Below, piece by piece: positions 27,142-35,644 of a DNA stretch of 64,000 nucleotides (positions are counted from its first letter, which is position 1; every line of letters begins with the position of its first letter). Below the pieces are notes generated by a model. It did no database searches, had not been told where the DNA came from, and was given only the letters and a program-made list of their open reading frames with translations. A program made the position numbers and the translations under genes. Origin of the DNA: a virus; the IMG/VR virus record IMGVR_UViG_3300036851_000098, positions 1 through 64,000 of that record; one strand, 5' to 3'.

Positions 27142-27341
27142 GTTAGAAGTTGGGAGTCCTAGCGTACGCCTATTGGCTGTAACCGCGTATTCTGGCGGCA
27201 GAACAGTAGCTTTGCGTGTAAAGAGGACGAAGTTGGATTGGGGAGCGCCGGAGAGTGTCGCTCGAGGCACAGAAGGTCGGGAAACTCCAACATATGTACA
27301 ACACAATTCCTGGGTGGATACCTAGGAGAAAGGATGGGCGG

Positions 27342-27725
27342 ATGCTCACCCGAATCAGGATCGAAGTAGAAGGCGCCGATTCGGCGGCCGCATGCGAGGA
27401 AGAGCTTTCCAAGTACGAACACGCCATGCAAGTAACCGAGGCGCAACGCTATGGCATCGGCTACGAATACATCGAAACCGAGAAAGGAATAAATCAGTCC
27501 TCAGCCACTCATCGCCCATGGGATTTCTCGGTGGAAACCCGAGACTTCTATAACTCGCAACTCGGACGTGAGGTGACCGATGAGGTCATCGAATACGATG
27601 CGTCTCTGCCTGGCTACCGAGGTCGGCGAGTGGTGCAGTTCAAGCGTATGGACACGCGTGCCTACACATACGGCCGAGCGGATCAGCATGAGGTCGGAGA
27701 GGCGGCTCGTCAGAGCCTTGCTTAA
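27342..27725 (+). CDS. Hypothetical protein
   Basis: ATG 27342 after GAAAGGA. Confidence 0.6.
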   Translation: MLTRIRIEVEGADSAAACEEELSKYEHAMQVTEAQRYGIGYEYIETEKGINQSSATHRPWDFSVETRDFYNSQLGREVTDEVIEYDASLPGYRGRRVVQFKRMDTRAYTYGRADQHEVGEAARQSLA

Positions 27726-27739
27726 TAAGTAATTCAGTA

Positions 27740-28320
27740 GATCGGGAGATCGGGCCCCTTTTGATCGGGGGTGGATAATACCGGCTGACGCGGGATGATG
27801 GAGATCATATCCGAAAGGATAAGGTCGTTGGGACGCCCGCATTACTTTGGGTCAACCTGGGCTCAAGGGTCGACGAGAGTCGATTGGCTCACTCCGTACG
27901 TTATGTCGGAGGACAACAGAGGCCAATGGCGGACTACGCCTGTTCGAAAGCGAGGCGTCGGTTTGAGAGGGCCGAAGACGTTTGAATTCCTCTCTTGTGT
28001 GGTCAAGACCCGATAAGAAGCTTGGTCATAAGGACTAAAAGGCAGACTAAGCTCGCCGCACAAAGTAGGCCTGCTCTACTATTTCAGGAAGTCCGACTCT
28101 AGTGAGAATACCTATGGGCCCTCCTAGATAGGCGCTGCGTCAGAGGTCAGACGTAGAGGGATGGAATAGAACCCCACCTCTTATCCAACGATGGGAGACG
28201 TTAGGAATCGGAGTGAGCCGATCCTGAACGCGAACCTATTGGCTGCGGCCATGGAAGAAGGATTCCACTTTGTATAAGAGTTTCTCTCTGAAAGACCGGT
28301 CTATTCGCGATCCCATATTT
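27740..28320 (+). ncRNA. Large structured non-coding region with GNRA tetraloops
   Basis: TATCC-GAAA-GGATA, TCGAC-GAGA-GTCGA, CGGACT/AGTCCG, AGCTTGGTC/GACTAAGCT, ATGGGA/TCCCAT. Confidence 0.6.
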
Positions 28321-28345
28321 AGAGACCCCAATTTAAAGGAACATC

Positions 28346-28441
28346 ATGAAGCTTTTCTTCGTAATTCTTCTAGCAATCCTCGTCGCATTTGGTGGACTGC
28401 TGTGGTTCCTTCGTTGGGCCGCGCAGGATATCGACCAGTGA
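28346..28441 (+). CDS. 31-aa membrane peptide
   Basis: Leader GAGACCCCAATTTAAAGGA; MKLFFVILLAILVAFGGLLWFLRW. Confidence 0.55.
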   Translation: MKLFFVILLAILVAFGGLLWFLRWAAQDIDQ

Positions 28442-28857
28442 GCACTAACCGTATCCCAGTTTTGCTCCTTCCTGGGGTAAATCACACCGAAGATCTTGTG
28501 GGATTCGGCGAACTCACAGATGACGGAAAGCTGATCATCACCGTAGAGCACGACCGAGGATATTCGAGAACTCTATCTGAGTCTCGGGTTTACTCTACAA
28601 GACGGCTACCGAACGAGAAGTATATGATGAAGTGGTTGCAAAGGTTTCAACGCAGTAAAGAAGAACGTGTTCTCAAAGCAATTCGAAACAATGTCCGATT
28701 TACTTTAGAGATCAGCAAGGAAGCGCGCATTGGTATTAGTTCCTTATATCCCATTCTAGCCCGTTTAGAGAATGACGGAGTCATCGACAGCGCTTGGGGT
28801 TGGGACGACAATATCAAACGGCGAGTCTATTACATCAAGGAAGAAAATCATGAGTAA
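28438..28857 (+). CDS. Protein with C-terminal PadR-like winged HTH
   Basis: EISKEARIG.SSLYPIL.RLE.DG.I...W....RRVYYI; GTGA coupling. Confidence 0.65.
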   Translation: MSTNRIPVLLLPGVNHTEDLVGFGELTDDGKLIITVEHDRGYSRTLSESRVYSTRRLPNEKYMMKWLQRFQRSKEERVLKAIRNNVRFTLEISKEARIGISSLYPILARLENDGVIDSAWGWDDNIKRRVYYIKEENHE

Positions 28858-29104
28858 TTGGCCAACGTTGTCAACTACCTGGCCGATCATCTGGGCGGTA
28901 AAGCGGAATGACGGGGAGCCAGGTCTCGTTATCTGTCGGGCTAAGGACAGAGAAGGAGCCAAGCGGATTGCAGCAAAGCGACTACTTGGTAATCCGGATC
29001 AGTTCATTGTCGAACCCCTCTCTCGAGAAGGAGAGGCGGTCGTATTTGATCTCGAAATTGAAGGGAAGAAGAATGACACGCGTCTACGAGGTTTTCGTGG
29101 TTAG
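28850..29104 (+). CDS. Hypothetical protein
   Basis: ATG 28850 after AAGGAAG. Confidence 0.5.
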   Translation: MSNWPTLSTTWPIIWAVKRNDGEPGLVICRAKDREGAKRIAAKRLLGNPDQFIVEPLSREGEAVVFDLEIEGKKNDTRLRGFRG

Positions 29105-29171
29105 TGGTTCCACTCGGAACCTACAGGCTAAGACTAGCCTGGTCTAACCACCAACTAGAAGGAGGCCAGTA

Positions 29172-29324
29172 ATGGCCGAGGGCGCGAACTCCATCGTCGA
29201 CCTCAAGAAGTACTTGTCGACACCGGAGAACCCGGTGACAATGGAAGAGCTCAAGGAGTTTTGGGAGTCCTGCTCCGACGAGGAGAAGGAGCAGTTCAAG
29301 AACACGGAGCTGCCGAAAAGCTAG
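29172..29324 (+). CDS. 50-aa acidic protein
   Basis: RBS AAGGAGG; PVTMEELKEFWESCSDEEKEQFK. Confidence 0.65.
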   Translation: MAEGANSIVDLKKYLSTPENPVTMEELKEFWESCSDEEKEQFKNTELPKS

Positions 29325-29335
29325 TGTGTTAATTT

Positions 29336-29925
29336 GGTTGATAATGATGCCTGGGAGAAGAACGGGATTCATTATCAACCTTGGGTGAGAGTGAAGCTAA
29401 ACGTCGATCTGTGTATGCGCCTGCCATCATCACTGGGTATATACTAGGGAGTTTGGTGGAACGTTAGGACTACATAGGAACGCGCAATATGTCCTTCTCA
29501 CCCTAAATAATCGGGGAGCCTCACCGGTGCACCGGGAGAAGGAGGCGATGCTGAATAGGGGAGTGGGCTAATGATCCACGGGTGACTTCAGCAAAAGTAG
29601 TGCTTGTCAGACCCCTGGAGGTCGTGAAACACCTCGGGGCAAGTGGCTGATGAGATCTGGCAGCGTACCGGTATTTAAGCCATCTCCCGGATGCGTGGTC
29701 AGGGGGCAATGGGGTCTCACCGGGGGGTTGGTATGGATTGCGGATTCCTGATACTGACTCCCCGGCCCGCCTCAATAAGACTTATATTCAAATAATCAAT
29801 TGGAGGAATCATGAGCGATTGATCGGTAGGGCGTCGGAATCCGACCCCAATTAAATATCAACCAGGAACGGTAAAGAGAGTGGGGGTGTCTACGGCGAGA
29901 GGGTCGAGGCACCCCTGCATATTTC
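29336..29925 (+). ncRNA. Large structured non-coding region upstream of the transglycosylase
   Basis: GGTTGATAATGA/TCATTATCAACC, GGGTGAGA/TCTCACCC, CCGGGAGA/TCTCCCGG, 15-bp stem CCGGGGGGTTGGTAT/ATACTGACTCCCCGG. Confidence 0.6.
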
Positions 29926-29940
29926 AGAAAGGAGGCACGT

Positions 29941-30417
29941 ATGATGAGACCACTACTAGCAGTTCTAGCAACTCTCTGTACGTGTATCGGGCTGGCAGCG
30001 CCAGCTTCAGCGGATTGGCGATGGGCCGATCCAACTATCAAACCGGTCAAACCGAAGATATTTGATTGCAAGATAAAACTGTGCCAAAAGAAGGCCAAGC
30101 GTGTAGCAACCCTGAAATACAGGTTGAAGGTAGCGAAGTACTCGTATAAGAAGGAGCGCGAGTGGCAGCGCTGGATCAACCAGTATATTCCGGCCTGTAC
30201 TTGGTACGGCGAGAGTGGCCCAGGACCTGAATTTGCGGCCTGGCGATACGCCGTACCAAATACAATGGGATCATCTGCTCGAGGGAAATACCAGATGATG
30301 CCCGGAACTTACTCTTCAAGAGCCAGATATTTCGATTGGAGTCCGCTCGATCAAGAGATCGCGGGTCATCGAGAGTTCTGGGCAAACGGAACCTCCCCCT
30401 GGGAGGCTTGCCACTAG
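29941..30417 (+). CDS. Secreted Rpf/SceD-like lytic transglycosylase
   Basis: Signal peptide; ESG...A.GKYQ....TY...DQ..A......G.SPW..C. Confidence 0.7.
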   Translation: MMRPLLAVLATLCTCIGLAAPASADWRWADPTIKPVKPKIFDCKIKLCQKKAKRVATLKYRLKVAKYSYKKEREWQRWINQYIPACTWYGESGPGPEFAAWRYAVPNTMGSSARGKYQMMPGTYSSRARYFDWSPLDQEIAGHREFWANGTSPWEACH

Positions 30418-30431
30418 AAAGGAATGTTGGG

Positions 30432-30689
30432 ATGGACGGCGACCTCGCATTGAAGTATCTCGATGCTACGCCTAAATGCCCTCGAACTGAGACAATTGAA
30501 AAAAGCTCTGGTCGAGGCGTTATGGGAAGCAAATCAAAGGTCGAAGTGATGTGTGGCGCCGTCCTTTCCTGGAAACATGGTGTGAACGGGTTCGGCTCAT
30601 GGTGGTGCGGCGTTCATGGCCTGATTGACGAGGCTCGTCCAGTTCAACCACTACGCGGAGATTCCCGAGAAGGTCTTTCAGCAGCGTAA
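30432..30689 (+). CDS. Hypothetical Cys-containing protein
   Basis: ATG after GAAAGGA; CP..., CG...WC..H. Confidence 0.5.
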   Translation: MDGDLALKYLDATPKCPRTETIEKSSGRGVMGSKSKVEVMCGAVLSWKHGVNGFGSWWCGVHGLIDEARPVQPLRGDSREGLSAA

Positions 30690-30698
30690 GGAGAGAGC

Positions 30699-30917
30699 AT
30701 GCCTTTCGAAATGACAATGCGTCCAAGCGAGTTGCGTGGTGTTCGTGAAGCAATGCGCACCATGCCCAAGCTCATACAATCTCTCAACGATGGGGAAGTT
30801 GAGAAATATGTTCTTATGAAGCGAGGGCGTGTTGTTGCCGTAATGCTAGATCTGGAAGACTACTCCGAAATGGTAGAAAGGACGAAGAATGCCGACAGAG
30901 TCGAACACCAGCAGTGA
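30699..30917 (+). CDS. Phd/YefM-like antitoxin
   Basis: SELR...PKLI..L...EKYVLMKRGRVVAVMLDLEDYSEM. Confidence 0.6.
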   Translation: MPFEMTMRPSELRGVREAMRTMPKLIQSLNDGEVEKYVLMKRGRVVAVMLDLEDYSEMVERTKNADRVEHQQ

Positions 30918-31242
30918 TCTAGGCCCCAATGCTCGGCACAAGCACACACCGACTCCAGTGAAATGTTTTGACGGCAAGGGAGAAGTGCGTCTTTTGATAC
31001 CCATCGAAACTCCTAAAGAGCGAATGGCACGAGTGGTCAAGAATATTCGAGAGAAGAAGCGATGAGAACCAAGAAGGTTCGTAACTATTTCGCCCCTCGG
31101 TGGTGGCAATTCAAGCTTCGCTATCGACTTAAAAAACAGGAACGTCGACTAGCTCAACTCGTACAGCGAAGAAAAATCGATGATATAGAATCTACCATCG
31201 ATCATCGAATTATCTATGGAACCAAAATAGACAAAGGATAAA

Positions 31243-31497
31243 ATGACTCTTCTTGACGGTGAACACTACGTTGGAATTCCTGGGCATGTGCTAACTTCTC
31301 GAGAGTGGGCTTCAGATCAGCTTCAAGAAGTATCGGAATACTGTTTCACTGGTAGTTACCCACACGAAATTAAAGCGTTTGATCTAGGACGTGCCATAGG
31401 TCGAGCACTTTCTAACAACAACGAAGACGATTCCTATGGAGAGCTACGTAGAGGAATTGAGCACTATCTACATAGCAAAGGGGAGACAGGAGACTAA
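31243..31497 (+). CDS. Hypothetical protein
   Basis: RBS AAAGGA. Confidence 0.5.
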   Translation: MTLLDGEHYVGIPGHVLTSREWASDQLQEVSEYCFTGSYPHEIKAFDLGRAIGRALSNNNEDDSYGELRRGIEHYLHSKGETGD

Positions 31498-31499
31498 GA

Positions 31500-31934
31500 T
31501 TGAAAGCAGATTTCACCATCACGATTCATACGGGGAGAAAGCCTATGGGAGTACGTGTGATCGTGTACGAGAACGTCCGAGCTCTTCGAAGCGCGGCTAC
31601 GCAGCATGACAACCTATATTGGAATCGCCCAGTACGAGGTAAGCCGAAATACGGAGAGTTCAAAGACACTCTCGGAATCTGTCATCGCCATCACTGGGAT
31701 GGAGATTCTGTCTATGCGATTGTCAGAGTGGCTCCACCAAACATAGGAATAGGAATCATCTCTCACGAACTGGCCCACGCTGCGATATGGCTGTGGGCAA
31801 TCGAGAACAAATTCGACGAGAAAGCACTCACATGTGAAAATGACGAATGGTTCTGCTGGGTGCTGGGAGAATTAGTGCGAGAAACTGTTAACAAATTCTA
31901 TGAAATAGGAATCTGGGAAGACAAAAACTCGTAA
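31500..31934 (+). CDS. Zincin-like HExxH protein
   Basis: IISHELAHA...NDEWFC. Confidence 0.55.
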   Translation: MKADFTITIHTGRKPMGVRVIVYENVRALRSAATQHDNLYWNRPVRGKPKYGEFKDTLGICHRHHWDGDSVYAIVRVAPPNIGIGIISHELAHAAIWLWAIENKFDEKALTCENDEWFCWVLGELVRETVNKFYEIGIWEDKNS

Positions 31935-32032
31935 TTTGCAGGGAGAAAAGGCGCCTTCGGCGCGGAAATCAACTGCCCTTGCATAAGACACACGGTTCAG
32001 ATACTGGGATATTTAAAAAGAAAGGAATCGCC

Positions 32033-32281
32033 ATGGGACTAGCTCTCACTCGTAAGCGCAATCAGTCGATCGTGCTTTTTCAAGATGGAGAGACGCTTTG
32101 CCGGGTTACCGTCGTGGAGATCGGCGACGGGAAGGTTAAGTTGGGATTCGAGGCGCCCAAGGATGTGACGATCTTGCGCGAAGAGATCATCGATCGGACT
32201 CCGACTGTCGGTCCAGATAAGAACGATAACTCCATCAACGACGATTTCGTCGAGCGCGTCAAGGCATATTTGCCTGAATAG
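32033..32281 (+). CDS. csrA: Carbon storage regulator CsrA homolog
   Basis: L.LTRK..QSIV......VTVVEI..GKVKLGFEAPKDVTILREEI. Confidence 0.85.
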   Translation: MGLALTRKRNQSIVLFQDGETLCRVTVVEIGDGKVKLGFEAPKDVTILREEIIDRTPTVGPDKNDNSINDDFVERVKAYLPE

Positions 32282-32282
32282 T

Positions 32283-32334
32283 TCGTGGGGTTTCACTGCG
32301 CATAATAGAAGATTTAACCGTCTTCTCTTTTTTT
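32283..32334 (+). promoter_or_regulatory. Degenerate promoter motif plus tiny hairpin/terminator
   Basis: TCGTG-N13-CATAAT-AGAAGA..TCTTCT-C-T7. Confidence 0.5.
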
Positions 32335-32379
32335 AAACAGATATTGGGCTTCCAAATTTAGTCTATAGAAAGGGCCATA

Positions 32380-32691
32380 ATGAAGAAGGTAGATGCAGAG
32401 AAATTGGTCCGCCATCCCGTTCGCGTCCAGATTGTGGCGCTGCTGGCAGATCAGACAATGTCTCCGAAGGACCTCGCCGATCAGACTGGGGTCACTCTGG
32501 GGACCGTGGCATACCATGTCCGAACGATGGAGAAGTTCGGCGCCATTCGGTTGGCTAAGACAAGGCCCGTGCGTGGGGCGATCGAACATTTCTACACCTT
32601 GCGCACGCCCGCAAGAGAGCCGATCAAGACGGCTTTGACCAAGATGTCGAAGGAACGATCAGCGGCTGAAAACGCACTGACAATACTCTAG
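32380..32691 (+). CDS. ArsR-type winged HTH regulator
   Basis: HPVRVQIV.LL....SPKDLA...G..LG.VAYHVR.....IRL..T.PVRGAIEHFY. Confidence 0.8.
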   Translation: MKKVDAEKLVRHPVRVQIVALLADQTMSPKDLADQTGVTLGTVAYHVRTMEKFGAIRLAKTRPVRGAIEHFYTLRTPAREPIKTALTKMSKERSAAENALTIL

Positions 32692-33065
32692 CATGTCCAT
32701 TGATCCAGTATGCGCGATTCACGGCAAACGCTGGTCAGAACACGACGGTGGACGCTGTCTCTACTGCTGCATCTGCTTTAAGCCGCTGGAACCCGAAGAC
32801 TGCGTCGAAGATTCCTCAGGAAAGAAATGGGATGTTTGTAAGGGACAATGTGCAATCGAAGCCGGTATACAAGAAAGGAAAATTAAATGAACGATGCTGA
32901 CCGAATCGCCAAAGCCGGAGGCATTGTGGATATTACACCAGGATGCTTCGCGCTCAAGGACGGATCAATTCTCTCGTGGCGAGGAGAGAACTACGTTCCC
33001 CAGAAACCTTCTCTATTGGCCCGTTTTCACAATTGGCGCGTTAGGCGCTGGAACAAGAGGCACGC

Positions 33066-33473
33066 ATGAACCCTTTGGACTTGGCCGCGAGCGAATTGCT
33101 AATCTGGGGGATTTTCCTTCATCTCGTAGCTGACTGGTTGTTGCAGAACGACTGGATGGCAAACAATAAGCAGAGCCCGCTTCATCCTGCAGCATGGGTC
33201 CACGCAGGAATTCACGGAATTCTGTTCGCGCTCATCTTCGGCTGGGTCGCGTTCCCTTTGACAATCGCGCACCTTCTCATCGATACGCGCAAGCCTGTGG
33301 TCTGGTGGGCTAGATTCATCAGACAGACTCCGTCAACAGTATTTATGGTTACCAACCCTAATACTGGTGGTCGTGTGGCTCTGATGGATATGGGGACCAT
33401 GGTACGAATCTGGGTGGATCAGGTCTTTCACATTTTCTGTGTGGGAATCGCTGCTCTACTGGTAACGCTGTAG
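33066..33473 (+). CDS. DUF3307 membrane protein
   Basis: HLVADWLLQ..WMA.NK...H..IH...HLLID...DQ.FH. Confidence 0.75.
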   Translation: MNPLDLAASELLIWGIFLHLVADWLLQNDWMANNKQSPLHPAAWVHAGIHGILFALIFGWVAFPLTIAHLLIDTRKPVVWWARFIRQTPSTVFMVTNPNTGGRVALMDMGTMVRIWVDQVFHIFCVGIAALLVTL

Positions 33474-33510
33474 TTTCTAACGAGACAACCAAAACTAAGG
33501 AGAGTTCGTA

Positions 33511-33756
33511 ATGGAATACATCGAATATCGCCGTAAGATCAAGAGTCTGAAAAAGCACAAGACCACGATCGCATGTGGTGTAACCGCTGTCGTCACCACC
33601 GCCATCACGTGGAAGGTGTCTGGCGTCGTCATGAATCACACGTTCAACCAGCGCTACCAAGCCCTGCTCCTCCGCGAAGTCGTCTTGCGCGACTTTGTGA
33701 GCGCCAAGGGTCTTAAGGAAGAGTTCCTCAACGAGTTCATTCCGTCTTTGAACTAG
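33511..33756 (+). CDS. Hypothetical protein
   Basis: Leader GAGACAACCAAAACTAAGGAG. Confidence 0.6.
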   Translation: MEYIEYRRKIKSLKKHKTTIACGVTAVVTTAITWKVSGVVMNHTFNQRYQALLLREVVLRDFVSAKGLKEEFLNEFIPSLN

Positions 33757-33761
33757 AAGAT

Positions 33762-33793
33762 TCGCGAAGTTTTCATGGGGTATAATGAGACCC
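33762..33793 (+). promoter_or_regulatory. Phage promoter motif
   Basis: TCGCG(33762)-N14-TATAAT(33781)-GAGACCC. Confidence 0.8.
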
Positions 33794-33810
33794 TTATTGA
33801 AAGGAAAATC

Positions 33811-34020
33811 ATGTCCCAGCCTCCGCTCAATCTGCTTGCAGAAGTGCTTGTCGCCGAAGACGATTTGCTCAAAGCTCAGCGAAAGATCGCCCGCGTTCAG
33901 AAGACCCCCATTGGGAAACTTCCGATCGTTCGATCCAAGTTGAACAGTCGACAGATCAATCTCGCCAGCAAGCACATTCGCATCAAAGCCGCGAAGCAGT
34001 ACCTGAATTCCACCACTTAG
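33811..34020 (+). CDS. Basic cassette protein
   Basis: ATG after GAAAGGA; terminator follows. Confidence 0.65.
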   Translation: MSQPPLNLLAEVLVAEDDLLKAQRKIARVQKTPIGKLPIVRSKLNSRQINLASKHIRIKAAKQYLNSTT

Positions 34021-34028
34021 TTTCAAAG

Positions 34029-34086
34029 AAGAGAATCTTCACGGATTCTCTTTTTCGCGAGATATTCACGCAGCATAATGAGACCC
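34029..34086 (+). promoter_or_regulatory. Terminator fused to the next promoter motif
   Basis: AAGAGAATC-TTCACG-GATTCTCTT-TT|TCGCG(34055)-N14-CATAAT-GAGACCC. Confidence 0.8.
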
Positions 34087-34112
34087 TATTCATCCTTAAC
34101 AGGAGACTTGTT

Positions 34113-34382
34113 ATGCCCAAGTTTGCCCTCGTTCCTGCATTCCTCGCCGGAGCCATCATCGCAGATGCGTACAGGTGTCACCGTGCCAAGAAGGCCATTC
34201 TCTGCATGGCAGATGAGATCAACGACGTCGTTCTCGAAACCGTCATCGATCCGCTCCACCAGGAAAACGCTCTTCTCGCTGCCACGGTCGACTACCTCGC
34301 GTCCAAGATCGCTGACTCCGACATGGAGCTGGACGAGTTCGACCTGATCATCATCAACGATCTCGCTCAGATGAAGCAGTAA
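34113..34382 (+). CDS. Hypothetical cassette protein
   Basis: RBS CAGGAG, high GC3. Confidence 0.65.
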   Translation: MPKFALVPAFLAGAIIADAYRCHRAKKAILCMADEINDVVLETVIDPLHQENALLAATVDYLASKIADSDMELDEFDLIIINDLAQMKQ

Positions 34383-34387
34383 TCCAA

Positions 34388-34421
34388 AGAGGGAGGCCCT
34401 AACACGGCCTCTCTTTTTTTT
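34388..34421 (+). terminator. Terminator (CTAACAC loop family)
   Basis: GGGAGGCC-CTAACAC-GGCCTCTC-T8. Confidence 0.8.
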
Positions 34422-34432
34422 AAAGGAGGGTA

Positions 34433-34762
34433 ATGCAGACACACGAATACGAAGTTGTCAATCCAACGCATTACAAAAACAACAGAGCATGTATCGAAGC
34501 CTATACCAAGGAAGGCTGGCGACTGGTAGCGGTGATCCCACCCCCCACCCACGGCTCTGGATACACGCATTCCATGGTTTTCGAAAAGCCAATTAAAAAG
34601 CAAATAGAACTAAAATCACCGGGGACTGTTGAAGCATTAATCGAGAATCTGAGACAATTCGACCCCAAAGCTTCATATTCGCTGATGATGACCTTAGGTG
34701 GAAATCATTCATATCTCATCATTGGGGAAGCTGGTGAGGAAAACGCAGTACCACTAACATAA
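34433..34762 (+). CDS. DUF4177-like hypothetical protein
   Basis: EYEVV...Y.KEGWRLVAV......VFEKP. Confidence 0.5.
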   Translation: MQTHEYEVVNPTHYKNNRACIEAYTKEGWRLVAVIPPPTHGSGYTHSMVFEKPIKKQIELKSPGTVEALIENLRQFDPKASYSLMMTLGGNHSYLIIGEAGEENAVPLT

Positions 34763-34772
34763 AAGGAGAGTC

Positions 34773-35318
34773 ATGCCTATCAGTGCTCTAACTGGCGAGA
34801 GGATGGTCCCCGTGTTGTACTGCGATCTCGACGGTACGATTCGACACGGGAAAGACGAACTGGGTCGATTTGTCAATGGCCCAGAGGATGTCAAGGTTTT
34901 TGACGAGATTCCTGCTCTGTTTCGCGCATACAAGAAGCTTGAATGGCGCATTGTCGGAATCAGTAACCAGGGTGGCATCGCTCTTGGCTATATGGACATG
35001 AAGACTTGTACCGCTGCGATGATCGAGACCAACAGACAATGCAAGGGTATGTTTGATAAGATCGCTTGGTGTCAACATCACCCAAATGCCAAGGATCCTG
35101 AGATGGCTGTCTGCTGGTGTCGTAAACCCCGCCCCGGTTTGGTTATCGAGTCAGCGTTGGCTCTGGCTGAGAAAACTGGAGAGATCTATCCTCCGCATCT
35201 AGGTTTGTTCGTCGGGGATCGTCCTGAAGATGAATTGTGTGCTCAAGGCGCTGGATTGCGGTTCATGCCCGCCGACGAATGGCGCACAGGTGCGCATATC
35301 GTTACTCTTGAGAGATGA
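34773..35318 (+). CDS. HAD-IIIA phosphatase (GmhB/polynucleotide 3'-phosphatase-like)
   Basis: DLDGT, SNQGG, C.HHP, CWCRKP.PG, VGDRPED. Confidence 0.85.
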   Translation: MPISALTGERMVPVLYCDLDGTIRHGKDELGRFVNGPEDVKVFDEIPALFRAYKKLEWRIVGISNQGGIALGYMDMKTCTAAMIETNRQCKGMFDKIAWCQHHPNAKDPEMAVCWCRKPRPGLVIESALALAEKTGEIYPPHLGLFVGDRPEDELCAQGAGLRFMPADEWRTGAHIVTLER

Positions 35319-35386
35319 CAGTTCAATCCGTAACATCCCAAGTAAATTCTCATGGGCTTGTAATTCTCGATTCCAAGGAAATTTTA

Positions 35387-35644
35387 ATGGCTAAATTCGT
35401 TGGTCGTCGTGGTGATCTGAAGTGGGGACCATACGATTATCCCGTGACCAAGACGCAGAAGATCACGTTGGAAGGACTTCACAACATCATGAAGGGCGTG
35501 CCTCGTACCAATCGTGGAAAGATGCCCGCGGGGTATTATGGGTCTCAGCGCCCCAGTGATGGTGGTATCATCGTTGGTTTGAACCACTATTCGGTGACCG
35601 TGCACCGTAACGGTCGCATTACCAGCAACCGGGAAAAGATCTAG
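35387..35644 (+). CDS. Hypothetical protein
   Basis: ATG after AAGGA. Confidence 0.5.
   Translation: MAKFVGRRGDLKWGPYDYPVTKTQKITLEGLHNIMKGVPRTNRGKMPAGYYGSQRPSDGGIIVGLNHYSVTVHRNGRITSNREKI

Noticed and set aside
28084-28220. RNase P RNA (AGGAAGTCCG resembles the P4 5' strand)
   Set aside because: No downstream CGGCTTA-type partner; AGTCCG pairs better with upstream CGGACT
28270-28437. 5' part of the 195-aa ORF in the track
   Set aside because: Better explained by the RNA 3' end, a 31-aa peptide at 28346 and a coupled GTG start at 28438
29620-29665. Hammerhead ribozyme (GAAAC and CTGATGA nearby)
   Set aside because: No NUH cleavage triplet or stem I between the core elements, and stem II is out of register
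29790-29900. c-di-AMP (ydaO) riboswitch
   Set aside because: Only GTAGGG-stem-CCC matches; the GGGG and CAGCTAAC elements are absent
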